From the IMG/VR virus record IMGVR_UViG_2740892422_000012: a DNA stretch of 32,590 nucleotides; one strand, given 5' to 3'. This document shows positions 17,346 through 26,802 of the stretch, in pieces (the stretch's first letter is position 1; every line of letters begins with the position of its first letter). The translations under genes and the position numbers were made by a program. The DNA is from a virus. Its lineage: Duplodnaviria > Heunggongvirae > Uroviricota > Caudoviricetes. The notes beneath the pieces are model-generated. The model was not told where the DNA came from. It ran no database searches and saw nothing but the letters and a program-made list of their open reading frames with translations.

Positions 17346-18494
17346 ATGACATGGCCATCTGTCACGATTGAGCAGTACAACACATTCAGCAGTTCACCGG
17401 ACGGCGTGGAAAATACACTGCTGTTTGTGGGCAATGCACAAAACAACAAAGGTAAGGTTCTGCCGGTTAATGCCAACAGCGATCTGGATGAGCTGCTGGG
17501 AACAAACGCCAGCCCGCTGAAGAATTTCCTTCAGTCTGCACTGACCAATGCCGGACAGAATGCCTTTTTCTATGTTGCCGTTCTGCCGGAAGCCGGCAAA
17601 GGCAAAGAAGCGACGCCAGCCTGCCAGGCATGGCAGAACGCCATACTGGCGGCTCAGGAAACTGTTTCAGTGGAAGGCGTGGTGATCACCGAACCGGTCA
17701 GCACAAAGGATGACATCAACGCCATACAGGCGTTACGTCAGACCATCATCAATAAATATCAGCGCCGCATCTGGTTCATCCTGACCATCGCCGCCAACGA
17801 CGGTAGTAAAACCTGGGCGGATTACGTTGCCGAACTGACCACGCTACAGAAAGGTATTGCAGCCCCGCAAATCATGCTGGTTCCGGAAATTTTTGGCTTT
17901 GAACCGGGCGTTCTCGCCGGCCGTCTGTGTAACAGCGCCGTCACCATTGCTGACAGTCCGGCGCGTGTGGCAACCGGGGCGCTGTCCGCACTGAAAACCA
18001 CAGAGCGCCCGAAGGACAGCGCAGGGCAGGCAATTGATCTCGCCACACTGCAGGCACTGGCAACCGCCCGCTACAGCGTGCCCATGTGGTATGCCGACTA
18101 TGACGGCCTGTACTGGGCCGATGGTGTGACACTTGAGGTGGAAGGCGGGGACTACAACGTCATTGAGCATGTCCGCATTGCTGATAAGGTGGCACGCCGC
18201 GTGCGACTGATGGCCATCCCCAAAATTGCCGATCGCTCACTGAACAGCACGCCGGGCAGCATTGCCGCACACGAAACGCTGTTTGCCCGCCCACTGCGTG
18301 CCATGGCGAAATCCACGCAAATCAACGGCATCACGTTTCCGGGCGAAGTGAAATCGCCCCGGAAAGGCGACGTGGTTATCACCTGGCAGGACGAAAAGAC
18401 GGTCAGCATCAGCATTGTCGTCCGCCCTTACGCCTGCCCTAAAACCATCAAAGTGGGCATTCAGCTGGATAAATCTCTGGAGGAAAACGCATGA
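17346..18494 (+). CDS. Tail sheath protein (contractile tail)
   Basis: Start at ATG 17346 with AGGAG RBS (track ORF from 17214 is an upstream extension); 382 aa, followed by a tube-sized gene. Confidence 0.6.
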   Translation: MTWPSVTIEQYNTFSSSPDGVENTLLFVGNAQNNKGKVLPVNANSDLDELLGTNASPLKNFLQSALTNAGQNAFFYVAVLPEAGKGKEATPACQAWQNAILAAQETVSVEGVVITEPVSTKDDINAIQALRQTIINKYQRRIWFILTIAANDGSKTWADYVAELTTLQKGIAAPQIMLVPEIFGFEPGVLAGRLCNSAVTIADSPARVATGALSALKTTERPKDSAGQAIDLATLQALATARYSVPMWYADYDGLYWADGVTLEVEGGDYNVIEHVRIADKVARRVRLMAIPKIADRSLNSTPGSIAAHETLFARPLRAMAKSTQINGITFPGEVKSPRKGDVVITWQDEKTVSISIVVRPYACPKTIKVGIQLDKSLEENA

Positions 18495-18946
18495 CGACCC
18501 GCATTAACGGCATGGCGTTTGACACCTTTATCGGTGGAACGGATATCCATGTGAAAAGCATCTCACTGGACATCAGCGATGAAAGCGCCGTTGCCAAAAC
18601 CCGTGGCATCCCTGACGGCAAACTGCGCGGCCCTGTCAGTGCCGAAGGTGAAATCGAAATGAGTACCCGCAGCTTTAACCAGCTCGGGGAAGTGGCTGCT
18701 CAGGCGGGATCGTGGCGTGACCTGCCGCCAATGGATTTTGTGTTTTACGCCAATACGGGAACCGAAGAAATCCGCGTTGAAGCCTTCGGTTGTGAGCTGA
18801 TGCTTTCCGGCCTGTTAAGCATTGACACCGAGAGCGCAGATCTGACCACGCACAAAATCAAGTACGTGGTGGCAAGCCCTGACTTTGTGCGTATCAACGG
18901 CGTGCCCGTTCTCTCAGAGAACGATGTGCGCGGACTGATGGGGTGA
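18491..18946 (+). CDS. Tail tube protein (putative)
   Basis: 151-aa ORF coupled to the sheath gene (ATGA overlap), GGAGG RBS. Confidence 0.55.
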   Translation: MTTRINGMAFDTFIGGTDIHVKSISLDISDESAVAKTRGIPDGKLRGPVSAEGEIEMSTRSFNQLGEVAAQAGSWRDLPPMDFVFYANTGTEEIRVEAFGCELMLSGLLSIDTESADLTTHKIKYVVASPDFVRINGVPVLSENDVRGLMG

Positions 18947-18949
18947 ACC

Positions 18950-19246
18950 ATGCAGGAGCATGAGCGCACCATTATCACTCTGGGCATTCTGGGCGGAATC
19001 GCTGCCGCAAGTCGGGTGCTGGCTGGCGCAGAGCCGATTACGTTGCGGTTGTTTGTGGGCCGAACCCTGCTGGGGAGCGCGCTGGGTGTTTCTGCCGCTG
19101 CCCTGCTGGTTCGCTACCCGAACCTTGACCCACTGGCCATTGCCGGCGCAGGCACCGCAATGGGCGTTGCCGGTTACCAGATTGTTGAAATCTTCCTGCG
19201 TCATATGCGCCGGAAGCTGGGCGAGAAAGAGAACAAAGAGGAGTAA
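18950..19246 (+). CDS. Holin (three predicted transmembrane segments, charged C-terminus)
   Basis: Hydrophobic stretches ITLGILGGIAAASRVLAG, LFVGRTLLGSALGVSAAALLV, LAIAGAGTAMGVAGYQIVEIF, then RRKLGEKENKEE; two genes upstream of the endolysin. Confidence 0.6.
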   Translation: MQEHERTIITLGILGGIAAASRVLAGAEPITLRLFVGRTLLGSALGVSAAALLVRYPNLDPLAIAGAGTAMGVAGYQIVEIFLRHMRRKLGEKENKEE

Positions 19247-19251
19247 CAGCA

Positions 19252-19359
19252 ATGCTGTCCCGCAGGGAACAAAAAGCTGCCGCCATTGCCTGGAAAATTA
19301 TCCGGGCACTGTGGTACTGGCTGCGCAAACCTCAGCAACCTCATAAGGAGCAAAAATGA
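19252..19359 (+). CDS. Small basic amphipathic protein (35 aa) in the lysis cassette
   Basis: Not in the ORF track. GAGGAG RBS 8 nt upstream; MLSRREQKAAAIAWKIIRALWYWLRKPQQPHKEQK; stop overlaps endolysin start (ATGA). Confidence 0.35.
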   Translation: MLSRREQKAAAIAWKIIRALWYWLRKPQQPHKEQK

Positions 19360-19697
19360 AACTCTCCGATAAGCAACAACAATTTACCGTCATGATCGGA
19401 AAACTCATCCAGTTTGCCCATCAGCGCGGTTATGGCCTGACGTTCGGTGAGGCGTACCGCACGCCAGAACAGGCAAAACTCAACGCACAAAAGGGATCCG
19501 GCATTGCCAACAGCCTGCACTGCCAGCGGCTGGCCGTGGATTTTAATCTGTTTATTAACGGTGAATATCAGACCCGCACAGAGGCCTACCGCGAGCTGGG
19601 CGAGTACTGGGAATCCATTGGTGGCGCATGGGGCGGTCGTTTTAAAAACCGCCCGGATGGCAATCATTTCAGCCTTGAGCACGACGGCGTGCGCTGA
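19356..19697 (+). CDS. Endolysin, peptidase M15 family (zinc peptidase)
   Basis: Zinc-ligand pattern HCQRLAVD ... DGNHFSLEH characteristic of M15 cell-wall peptidases. Confidence 0.75.
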   Translation: MKLSDKQQQFTVMIGKLIQFAHQRGYGLTFGEAYRTPEQAKLNAQKGSGIANSLHCQRLAVDFNLFINGEYQTRTEAYRELGEYWESIGGAWGGRFKNRPDGNHFSLEHDGVR

Positions 19698-19704
19698 TTT
19701 TACG

Positions 19705-19750
19705 CTTAATAAGCCTTCCTGCAGGCTTATTAAGCCCTCTTATTCTTGAC
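19705..19750 (+). terminator. Hairpin with T-rich tail after the lysis cassette
   Basis: Perfect 11-bp stem cttaataagcc / ggcttattaag (19705..19734), 8-nt loop, then ccctcttattcttgac; TTGACT follows and could be a -35 for the next operon. Confidence 0.45.
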
Positions 19751-19761
19751 TTTAAAAGGAA

Positions 19762-20055
19762 ATGATGATGAACGATAAAAACACCCAGACTACCGCAGAG
19801 AACACCATCACTTTACAGGTCGGCGAGCATGAACTGGCGTTTATCCCGACCGTAAAAGCCTACAACGACCTGCAGAACGACTTCATGCCGGATAACAAAA
19901 TCGCGCCGCTGAAAAACTACCTGCGCCGTATCGTGATTAAAGAGCACCGCGATCTGCTTAACCAGTTGCTGGAAAAACCAGGAATGCCGGCCAGCCTGGC
20001 AACAGCCGTGAATAACGAGTTTGTGCCGGAAGTGGAAATCACCGTAAAAAAATAA
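19762..20055 (+). CDS. Tail assembly chaperone (P2 gpE analog)
   Basis: 97-aa ORF immediately upstream of tape measure, ending at a slippery A-run. True start may be the third ATG (19768), which has better spacing from AAAGGA. Confidence 0.7.
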   Translation: MMMNDKNTQTTAENTITLQVGEHELAFIPTVKAYNDLQNDFMPDNKIAPLKNYLRRIVIKEHRDLLNQLLEKPGMPASLATAVNNEFVPEVEITVKK

Positions 20056-20243
20056 AAAGCCATCTGGGGGCCATTGATCGCAATGACCTTACCCGGATGC
20101 TGATTCTGCGCCGCCACTGGCTGCCCGGCGAGGATGACTCGCCGCAGTCACTGGCTGCCGCCGTCTGGCTGGATAACCACTACTGGGAAAATATGAGCAT
20201 CGCCGTCAATAACGGCATTATCCGTGCTTTTAAGGGATCGTAA
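19762..20243 (+). CDS. Tail assembly chaperone frameshift product (E-prime analog), via -1 slip at 20046..20052
   Basis: Heptamer A AAA AAA directly before the TAA stop; the -1 frame is open from the slip site to TAA at 20241..20243 (extension ...KKIKSHLGAIDRND...YWENMSIAVNNGIIRAFKGS). Confidence 0.55.
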
Positions 20244-22339
20244 TGTCACAACAGCGCCTTGAATTACTTCTTGAACTGACAGACCGCCTGACAAGGCCGT
20301 TGCGTGCAGCCGGGCGACAGGTTCAGGGATTTGCTGCAACAAGTCGGGGAGCCTTTCGGGACATTGCTACCGGAGGCGCTGCGCTCTGGGGAGTGGGTGC
20401 AGCCATTCAGGGGGCACTGATGCCAGCCATTGAAATGGACAGGGCGCTCGGTGAGGTGAAATCACTGGGCGTCGCAGAGTCCGGATTGCGTAAACTCAGT
20501 CGCGCCGCCGTTGATTTCACTATGGAATACGGCGGGGCTGCGCAGGATTTTGTGCGTGCTTCTTACGACATCCAGTCAGCCATTGCCGGATTAACTGACG
20601 ATGAGCTGTCCCGCTTCACCACCGCATCAGCAACGGTGGCAGCAGCAACCAAATCCAGCAGCCAGACCATTACCGCCTACATGGGCACCATGTACGGCAT
20701 CTTTAAAGACCAGGCTGATGCCATGGGAAAAAGCAAATGGGTGGAGCAGGTCGCCGGGCAAACCGCCACCGCCGTGCAAATGTTTAAAACAACCGGCGAT
20801 AACATGTCAGCGGCGTTCACCACGCTGGGTGCCAGTGCAAAAGCGGCCGGTATTGATGCGGCTGAACAGTTCGCCGTGCTGGGACAGCTGCAGGCCACCA
20901 TGAGTGGCAGCGAGGCCGGGACAAAGTACAAGGCATTTCTTGCCGCAGTAGGCAGCGCCCAGAAAAAGCTGGGGCTTAATTTCGTGAATAAAGACGGCAC
21001 GATGAAAAGTGTTGTCGAGATCATGAAACTTATCAGGGGTAAATTTGGTGATCTGTCAAAAGTAGCTGATTCCGATTTGCTGAAAAGCGCCTTTGGCTCC
21101 GATGAAGCTGTGGCCATGATTAAATTACTCAATGCGGACATTGGCGGACTTGAAAAGAATATCGCCACGCTGGGCAATATCAAAGGTATGGATAAGGCTG
21201 TCGAAATGGCGCAGGCCATGGCTGATCCATGGGAACAGGCCGCTGCAATTATTAACGGCATTCGCATCGAAATTGGCACGCAGTTGCTGCCTGTTCTGTA
21301 CCCGTTTATCCAGAAAAGCAACGAAGGCGGTAAATCCTTTGTTGCCTGGTTACGTCTGTATCCCAATATCACACGGGCCATTGGTTTACTGTCTGCCGCC
21401 CTGCTGGGCATTGCCGCAGTGGGTGCTGTTGTCAACATTATGGTGGGTGTGGCGAAGTTTGTCTGGACAGGACTGCGGCTGGTCTGGCTGGCAGCCGTTG
21501 CGCCGCTGAAGATTCTCATTCTGCTGAAACGCACACTGACGGCTACCATGTGGGCATTCACTGTAGTTGCCCGAACGGTCAGGGCGCTGTATCTGGCCAT
21601 GTCCATTGCTATGGGAACATACAACGTCAAAGCAAAAATTCAGCTGGCGCTGCTGAAATTACAGCGCGCCGGACTCTGGCTTTATTCTGTTGCGCTGGGT
21701 GCCGCCGGCATAGCAATGAAAATCTACACCGCAGTCACCAGCGGAGCTGCAATTGCAACACAGTTACTTTTCAGCCCCATCACATTAATCATCCTGGCAC
21801 TGGCTGCGCTGGGCGTGGGCATTTATTTCCTGATCACCCGCTGGGATGAGATTAAAGCCGCGCTGATGGATACCACCGCCTTTCAGTGGGTGGCTGAAAT
21901 GGTCGGCAGTATGGGGGCATGGTTCGGCAATGCATGGAACACAATCCAGGACGGCTGGAATGCACTGGTTAACTATTTTTCCACGCATTCACCACTGGAT
22001 GCCCTGAAGGATCTCGCGGGCGGCATCCTGAACATTTTCAGTAACCTCTGGGAACTGGTGAAACAGTCCTTCAGTGATTCATGGGGCTGGATTGTGGACA
22101 AACTCAACATGATCCCCGGCGTTAACATCGGCACATCAGAAAGCACAGGACGTGGCGAAGGCTCCGTATTAACCGGCGGTAAAGCCATCAGTGCGGGGCC
22201 GGGTGGCATTGCGGCAGAAATGCAGAACAACAGCGAAAACCAGACCACAATCGATAACTCCCGTCGTGTGGTCAACGTTAACGTGCAGGATCCATCCCCT
22301 GCCCGCCTCAACGAGTGGATGGAACTACATGCATACTGA
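20243..22339 (+). CDS. Tail tape measure protein
   Basis: 698-aa ORF after the chaperone/frameshift pair; alanine- and glycine-rich with a hydrophobic central region. Confidence 0.85.
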   Translation: MSQQRLELLLELTDRLTRPLRAAGRQVQGFAATSRGAFRDIATGGAALWGVGAAIQGALMPAIEMDRALGEVKSLGVAESGLRKLSRAAVDFTMEYGGAAQDFVRASYDIQSAIAGLTDDELSRFTTASATVAAATKSSSQTITAYMGTMYGIFKDQADAMGKSKWVEQVAGQTATAVQMFKTTGDNMSAAFTTLGASAKAAGIDAAEQFAVLGQLQATMSGSEAGTKYKAFLAAVGSAQKKLGLNFVNKDGTMKSVVEIMKLIRGKFGDLSKVADSDLLKSAFGSDEAVAMIKLLNADIGGLEKNIATLGNIKGMDKAVEMAQAMADPWEQAAAIINGIRIEIGTQLLPVLYPFIQKSNEGGKSFVAWLRLYPNITRAIGLLSAALLGIAAVGAVVNIMVGVAKFVWTGLRLVWLAAVAPLKILILLKRTLTATMWAFTVVARTVRALYLAMSIAMGTYNVKAKIQLALLKLQRAGLWLYSVALGAAGIAMKIYTAVTSGAAIATQLLFSPITLIILALAALGVGIYFLITRWDEIKAALMDTTAFQWVAEMVGSMGAWFGNAWNTIQDGWNALVNYFSTHSPLDALKDLAGGILNIFSNLWELVKQSFSDSWGWIVDKLNMIPGVNIGTSESTGRGEGSVLTGGKAISAGPGGIAAEMQNNSENQTTIDNSRRVVNVNVQDPSPARLNEWMELHAY

Positions 22340-22679
22340 TAAACCGCTTTACATTGATTTGCTCATCACCGGCCGCAATCTCACGCTGAACAGCGCCAGT
22401 GAGCCGGTGTTATGCAACAACAGGGAAAGTATTGCCCAGGACTGCCAGCACGCCATCATTGAGAGCGGACTGGCAACGCGCCTGCTGGCTGAAAAAAGCC
22501 CGACACTTCGTGCCGACATCATGATGCAGATGACACTGCTGATTGAAGATGATGAGCGCATCACACCCGGCACGGTCAGTGTGACAGAAGAAACCCCGCT
22601 TTCTGGTCGCCTGCTGATTAGCGCCCACACCGAAGATTTTTTTGAACCCCTGACTTTTACGGTATCTCTTGATGATTAA
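22329..22679 (+). CDS. Putative small baseplate protein
   Basis: Start ATG 22329 (track start 22191 lies inside tape measure); 116 aa, immediately upstream of the J-like gene. Family not recognised. Confidence 0.45.
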   Translation: MHTDKPLYIDLLITGRNLTLNSASEPVLCNNRESIAQDCQHAIIESGLATRLLAEKSPTLRADIMMQMTLLIEDDERITPGTVSVTEETPLSGRLLISAHTEDFFEPLTFTVSLDD

Positions 22680-23856
22680 CGGCAAACCCACCGCAGATTA
22701 CGAGCGCATTCTGGCTGATAACGGCATGCCGGTAACAGAAGAACAGGCGCGCGCTGAATTTGAAGCCATTGTCAAAGACGAAGGGCTTATCACCAACACA
22801 TCCCGCATGTCGCCGTTCTGGCGACTGATTACAGCTATCGCCACAAAACCCGTGATGTGGCTGAAAGATGCGCTGGTTAATGTGGTGATGAAAAACCTGT
22901 TTCTGGCCGATGCCAGCGGTGTATTCGTTGATGTTTTTGCCTGGGCGGTAAACCTGCAACGCAAGGCCGCCACGCACGCAGCCGGCGTGATTCGTTTCAC
23001 CAAGAACGACATTGATCGCGCAGTTACCGTGCCGGCCGGTACGCAGATTCAGACAGAACGCATTAACGGCGTGATTTATACGCTGACCGTTGTCAGGGAT
23101 ACCGTTATTCCGGCAGGAACACTCAGCATGAACATCGATGTTTCTGCGGAACAGGCCGGAGCCGGCTTTAACCTTGCGCCGGGATATTACCGCATCCTTC
23201 CGGTGGCGATTGATGGTATTGCCGGCGTTGAGAACGATGAAAACTGGCTGACAACACCGGGGGCCAACGAAGAAAGCGATGACGAGCTGCGTGATCGTGT
23301 TCGCAATCAGTTTAACCTTGCCGGCGCTTATCACACCGATGCCGTTTACCGGGGATTAATTGCCGGCGTTGCCGGTATCAGTGCCGACCGCATCTATTTT
23401 CTGCATGACGCACCACGCGGCCCCGGCACAGCAAATGCTTACATTCTGCTGGATACCGGCATCGCATCCGAACCGTTCGTTGATGCAGTAAACGCATTCA
23501 TTAACGATGAAGGTCATCACGGACACGGTGATGATCTGCGCTGTTTTTCCATGCCTGAAACACGCCACACCCTGACCGTGACACTCTGGTTATATGCAAC
23601 GCTGAACCTCAGCGATGAGGAAATTCAGACGTTATTGCGCAATGTGGAAAATCTGGTTCGCTGTGCATTTCGAGAAAACAGCGATTATGACGTTCAGAAA
23701 ACATGGCCGTATAGCCGTTTCAGCATGTCCAGACTGGGCGAAGAGATCCACCAGGTATTTCCACAGGTGGAGTCGGTTACATTTTCTCTTCCGGATATTC
23801 TCAGTGATCTGGCTGTTCCTCGTCTGGAATCCCTTACTGTGGAGGTGAGCGCGTGA
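22672..23856 (+). CDS. Baseplate J-like protein
   Basis: 394 aa from ATG 22672 (track start 22669 is TTG); position and size fit the baseplate J/gp47 family, followed by an I-like gene and tail fibers. Confidence 0.65.
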   Translation: MINGKPTADYERILADNGMPVTEEQARAEFEAIVKDEGLITNTSRMSPFWRLITAIATKPVMWLKDALVNVVMKNLFLADASGVFVDVFAWAVNLQRKAATHAAGVIRFTKNDIDRAVTVPAGTQIQTERINGVIYTLTVVRDTVIPAGTLSMNIDVSAEQAGAGFNLAPGYYRILPVAIDGIAGVENDENWLTTPGANEESDDELRDRVRNQFNLAGAYHTDAVYRGLIAGVAGISADRIYFLHDAPRGPGTANAYILLDTGIASEPFVDAVNAFINDEGHHGHGDDLRCFSMPETRHTLTVTLWLYATLNLSDEEIQTLLRNVENLVRCAFRENSDYDVQKTWPYSRFSMSRLGEEIHQVFPQVESVTFSLPDILSDLAVPRLESLTVEVSA

Positions 23857-24488
23857 AACTTCCGGAGATCCCTGAATTTCCGCTCCCCACCTGGATGAAT
23901 AAAGGCGAGCCGTTAACGCTGGCACATTCATCGCATCGCTACTGGGAAAAGGTATACAGCTGGCTGACGTGGCCACTACAGCAGATTGATGTCGACACCT
24001 GCGCAGAGCCTTTACTTAACCTGCTGGCTTATCAGCGCAATATCACCCGATTTAAAGGTGAGCCGGTTTCGTTATTCCGCTTAAGAGTGAAACACGCGTT
24101 TATTAACGCTCAGGACTCTGGCGAACGCGCCGGCTTCGAACGCATCTTTAAGCGCCTTGGCGTGGGAGACGTTAAAACACTGGAACGGCAACTGCAGCAT
24201 GACTGGGACGTTATTTTACTGCGCATTAATGACACCCAGTTAAGTGAAAACAACGCGCTGATGATGCAGCTCGTGCGCCAGTATGGTCGTACCTGCAGGC
24301 GCTATTTCTTTCAGGTAATCAATACAACCACTGCCCGGCTGACAGCCGGCACATTTGATGGCCATTACAGGTATCACACAGCAGAAGCAACGGTGAGAAA
24401 GGACACCATCTGGTTAACCGCTTCGCTACAGGCAGGACATTACGGCCTGTCCGTGGAACATTACACATTACAGGCAGATGAAGCATGA
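23853..24488 (+). CDS. Tail protein I-like (baseplate)
   Basis: GTG start at 23853 preceded by GGAGGTG and overlapping upstream stop; 211 aa between J-like and tail fiber genes. Confidence 0.55.
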   Translation: MKLPEIPEFPLPTWMNKGEPLTLAHSSHRYWEKVYSWLTWPLQQIDVDTCAEPLLNLLAYQRNITRFKGEPVSLFRLRVKHAFINAQDSGERAGFERIFKRLGVGDVKTLERQLQHDWDVILLRINDTQLSENNALMMQLVRQYGRTCRRYFFQVINTTTARLTAGTFDGHYRYHTAEATVRKDTIWLTASLQAGHYGLSVEHYTLQADEA

Positions 24489-26239
24489 GCACGATTATTA
24501 CTGAACAGTACGAACACTGGTGCGCAAATCAGATCATCAGTGGAAAACCCGCGCGCCCGGATACATTTGTTTTTGCATATATTCCGGGACAGGATGAATC
24601 CGCAGAGATCCCCCGCGATGAGATACTCCCTGATGAATCCATGATTCAGTATCGTGCGCCGGTCACCCAGTACGGCCTCCTGTCGCCGAATGCGACCGCG
24701 TTTTCCATCATTCTGGACACGACAGTCGGCGACTTCGAATACAACTGGATCGGTCTGCTGAACGAAGAAAGCGGCGTGCTCTGCATGATTGCACACACAC
24801 CTCGTCAGCAAAAAATTAAAACAGCAAACGGCGTACAGGGAAACAACCTGATCCGCACATTTTCCATGGAGTTTGACGGCGCTGCAGCAGCAATGCATAT
24901 CGATGTCAGCGCTGATGTCTGGCAGATTGATTTCACTGCCCGTCTTGCGGGAATGGATGAAGCCCGCCGGCTGCTGGCGTTTGATCACTACGGTGAAGCC
25001 GCTTTTCTGGGGGATGGTTTTCAGGTCAGCTATCAGGACGGTACCGCCACTGTTGCCGCCGGCGTGGGTTATGTGGGAGGTCTGCGCGTCAGCCTGCGCG
25101 AACCTTACAGCCTGCCGGCTGCTGTCGGGGATACCCTCTGGATTGATGCAAGCTGGCAGGGATTTGTTACCGGCGAATGGAGCACCGTTTTTACGTTCTG
25201 CGCTCGCAAGGAACACGCGCCCTATACAGACGGGAACGGTTTCCAACACTTTGTCGCGCCACTTGCAAAACTGACAGCAGGTGGCCCACAGGATTTACGT
25301 CCACAGACGCCCGACGAAGAGCAAAGCAACGCGCTGGCAGAACACGAAAAATCCCGCAGACACCCGGATGCCACGCTGACCGAAAAAGGCTTTGCGCAGT
25401 ACAGCAACGCCACCGACAGCGATGCAGAAGACCGCGCCGCCACGTCAAAAGCGGTAAAAATCGCAATGGATAACGCCAACGCACGTCTTGCGAAAAATCG
25501 CAACGGCAGCGACATTCCCAATAAACCGCTGTTTATTGAAAACGTCGGACTGAAACCCACCGTTGATAAAGCTGAAAGCGCCGTTCAACGCGCTGGCGAC
25601 ACCATGACCGGGGAGCTGAAAATCCGTGGTGTTAATGCACTGAGGATTTTCAACGAAGTCTTTGGCCTGATTTTCCGTCGTTCGGAAGAGTGCCTGCACC
25701 TTATCCCTACCAGTGAAGGTCAGGGCGAGAATGGCGATATTGGTCCACTTCGACCGTTCACCATAAATCTGCGGACGGGTGAAATATCCATGTCGCATAA
25801 AGTGTCTGTTGGCGGCGGCTCTCAGGTCAATGGTGCGCTGGGTATCGGCGTTCAGAACGCGCTGGGTGGAAACTCAATTGCTTTCGGGGATAACGATACC
25901 GGCCTGAAACAGAATGGTGACGGCCTGCTGGATGTTTATGCCAATGGTCAGCACGTATTCCGTTTTCAGAATGGCGCGTTACAAAGTAACCGGGCAGTGA
26001 ATGTTTCAGGTCGGGTAACACCGTCAGACTACGGAAACTTTGATGCCCGCTATCAAACCAAAACAGGCGGTGTGCAGGATGTGCGTCTGGGCAGTGCCAT
26101 TGGTATTGGGCGTGGCGGGAATGCACCATCAGGTCACCTTATCAGCGGTCTTGATGGTGGTGAAAGTATGGACTGGGCCAATGCCCGCCCGGTGCAGGTT
26201 CTGATTAATGGCGTCTGGCGGAATGTAGCGAGTTTGTAA
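24485..26239 (+). CDS. Tail fiber protein (P2 gpH-like C-terminal region)
   Basis: Segments AEHEKSRRHPDATLTEKGFAQYSNATDSDAEDRAATSKAV, ALGGNSIAFGDNDTGLKQNGDGLLDVYANGQHVFRFQNG and C-terminal VLINGVWRNVASL match recalled P2 H tail fiber motifs. Confidence 0.85.
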   Translation: MSTIITEQYEHWCANQIISGKPARPDTFVFAYIPGQDESAEIPRDEILPDESMIQYRAPVTQYGLLSPNATAFSIILDTTVGDFEYNWIGLLNEESGVLCMIAHTPRQQKIKTANGVQGNNLIRTFSMEFDGAAAAMHIDVSADVWQIDFTARLAGMDEARRLLAFDHYGEAAFLGDGFQVSYQDGTATVAAGVGYVGGLRVSLREPYSLPAAVGDTLWIDASWQGFVTGEWSTVFTFCARKEHAPYTDGNGFQHFVAPLAKLTAGGPQDLRPQTPDEEQSNALAEHEKSRRHPDATLTEKGFAQYSNATDSDAEDRAATSKAVKIAMDNANARLAKNRNGSDIPNKPLFIENVGLKPTVDKAESAVQRAGDTMTGELKIRGVNALRIFNEVFGLIFRRSEECLHLIPTSEGQGENGDIGPLRPFTINLRTGEISMSHKVSVGGGSQVNGALGIGVQNALGGNSIAFGDNDTGLKQNGDGLLDVYANGQHVFRFQNGALQSNRAVNVSGRVTPSDYGNFDARYQTKTGGVQDVRLGSAIGIGRGGNAPSGHLISGLDGGESMDWANARPVQVLINGVWRNVASL

Positions 26240-26241
26240 TT

Positions 26242-26796
26242 ATGATGCACTTAAAAAATATTACGGCACAAAATCCCAAAACAATTGAGCAATACCAGCT
26301 GGCGCGACAGCATAAATTTTTATTGTGGCTGTTCTCCGATGATGGTCAGGAATGGCACGAAGCCCAGGAAAAATTTCAGCCAGACACTCTGAAAGTTATT
26401 TATGTTGAAACTGGCGAAGTGGTCTGGGTCGGAAAAGACATCACCTCAATCTGCCCGGAAAATAAAAGCGTGATTGAGCTACCGGATATTACCGCCAATC
26501 GTCGCATCGAGGCGTCGGGTTACTGGTTCTACCGCAATGATGAATTTGTTTTTAATTACAAATTAAAAGCAGAAGACGAGCGTGATGCCCTGTTAAAACA
26601 GATCAGCATCATGACCAGCGAGTGGGAAAAAGACCTGCTGCTGGGACTAATCAGCGACGAAGACAGGGAAAAACTGAAAGCCTGCCGCATTTATGCGAAA
26701 GCACTACAGCAAATGACTTTCAGCCAGGTTACAGATAAAGCATCGTATGCTGCGATTGTATGGCCAGAATTACCGCAAAACATTAGCGAGAATTAA
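26242..26796 (+). CDS. Tail fiber assembly chaperone (P2 gpG-like)
   Basis: N-terminus MMHLKNITAQNPKTIEQYQLARQ...FQPDTLKVIY parallels recalled P2 G (MQHLKNIKSGNPKTKEQYQL...FQPDTIKIVY); AT-rich. Confidence 0.8.
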   Translation: MMHLKNITAQNPKTIEQYQLARQHKFLLWLFSDDGQEWHEAQEKFQPDTLKVIYVETGEVVWVGKDITSICPENKSVIELPDITANRRIEASGYWFYRNDEFVFNYKLKAEDERDALLKQISIMTSEWEKDLLLGLISDEDREKLKACRIYAKALQQMTFSQVTDKASYAAIVWPELPQNISEN

Positions 26797-26802
26797 GAAG
26801 TA

